Assembly: GCA_020536535.1 (NCBI GenBank)
Contig: JAHLWZ010000776.1
Location: forward strand, 1 to 47,284
Direction: 5' to 3'
DNA length: 47,284 nucleotides
Origin: Pelomyxa schiedti
Taxonomy: Eukaryota > Protista > Evosea
In this document: positions 47,168-47,284 of the stretch, in pieces
Position numbering within the stretch: the stretch's first letter is position 1
Layout of the letters: the number at the start of each line of letters is the position of its first letter
Made by a program: the position numbers and the translations under genes
The notes under the pieces: model-generated
What the model saw: the letters and a program-made list of their open reading frames with translations, nothing else
What the model was told of the DNA's origin: nothing
The model's database searches: none

Positions 47168-47284
47168 ATGGTGCGGGGCTAGGTGTTGTGTTTGTTCGTT
47201 AAACCTTGAACTTATCGCTGAAACGAGAACGCAGGCACTGTACCTATTGAGCGAAGAGCAATTGGCTGAATTGCGGGAGTCATT
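47168..47284 (+). CDS. Calmodulin/centrin-like EF-hand protein, 5' part only
   Basis: ATG-only exon (47168-47170), GT..CAG intron to 47234, then ALYLLSEEQLAELRESF, which resembles calmodulin LTEEQIAEFKEAF. Runs off the window. Confidence 0.6.

Noticed and set aside
1-47284. Prokaryotic contig, operon or CRISPR array
   Set aside because: Abundant spliceosomal introns, eukaryote-specific genes and an intron-containing tRNA with a Pol III terminator; no regularly spaced repeat-spacer array.
1-47284. Alternative genetic code or stop readthrough
   Set aside because: In-frame stops I examined within genes are explained by GT-AG introns, and TAA, TAG and TGA all end genes normally.

Overview
A gene-dense, intron-rich eukaryotic window with about 25 protein genes, one intron-containing tRNA-Tyr and a 100-N gap. 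It uses the standard genetic code, has short GT-AG introns, and pairs GC/CpG-rich 5' exons with AT-rich gene bodies. The organism is probably a protist; an amoebozoan such as an archamoeba is my inference from chitin synthase, TRAF, Sel1, Rab and G-alpha content and is unverified. Housekeeping genes are MTAP, TRM13, DCAF13/SOF1, KIN17, MED31, ADF/cofilin, golgin-84, a Rab, a spinster-type MFS transporter and the start of a calmodulin-like gene. The most unusual part is 12.1-22.7 kb, five consecutive signalling genes: (1) a FIST_N-FIST_C-TIR fusion that keeps the TIR catalytic Glu; (2) a TOM1/GPR137-like multi-TM protein; (3) a G-alpha whose catalytic switch-I Arg is replaced by Pro; (4) an R-STS-ExE (cholera-toxin-class) ADP-ribosyltransferase fused to Sel1 repeats, visible only after splicing; (5) a second TOM1-like multi-TM protein. 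Other atypical or bacterial-looking genes are a membrane-anchored penicillin/AHL acylase, a two-domain retropepsin-like protease, a CBM9-like secreted protein and a CCHC-knuckle-TatD fusion. All gene models are manual, based on motif recognition and splice-site reading, with no database search.
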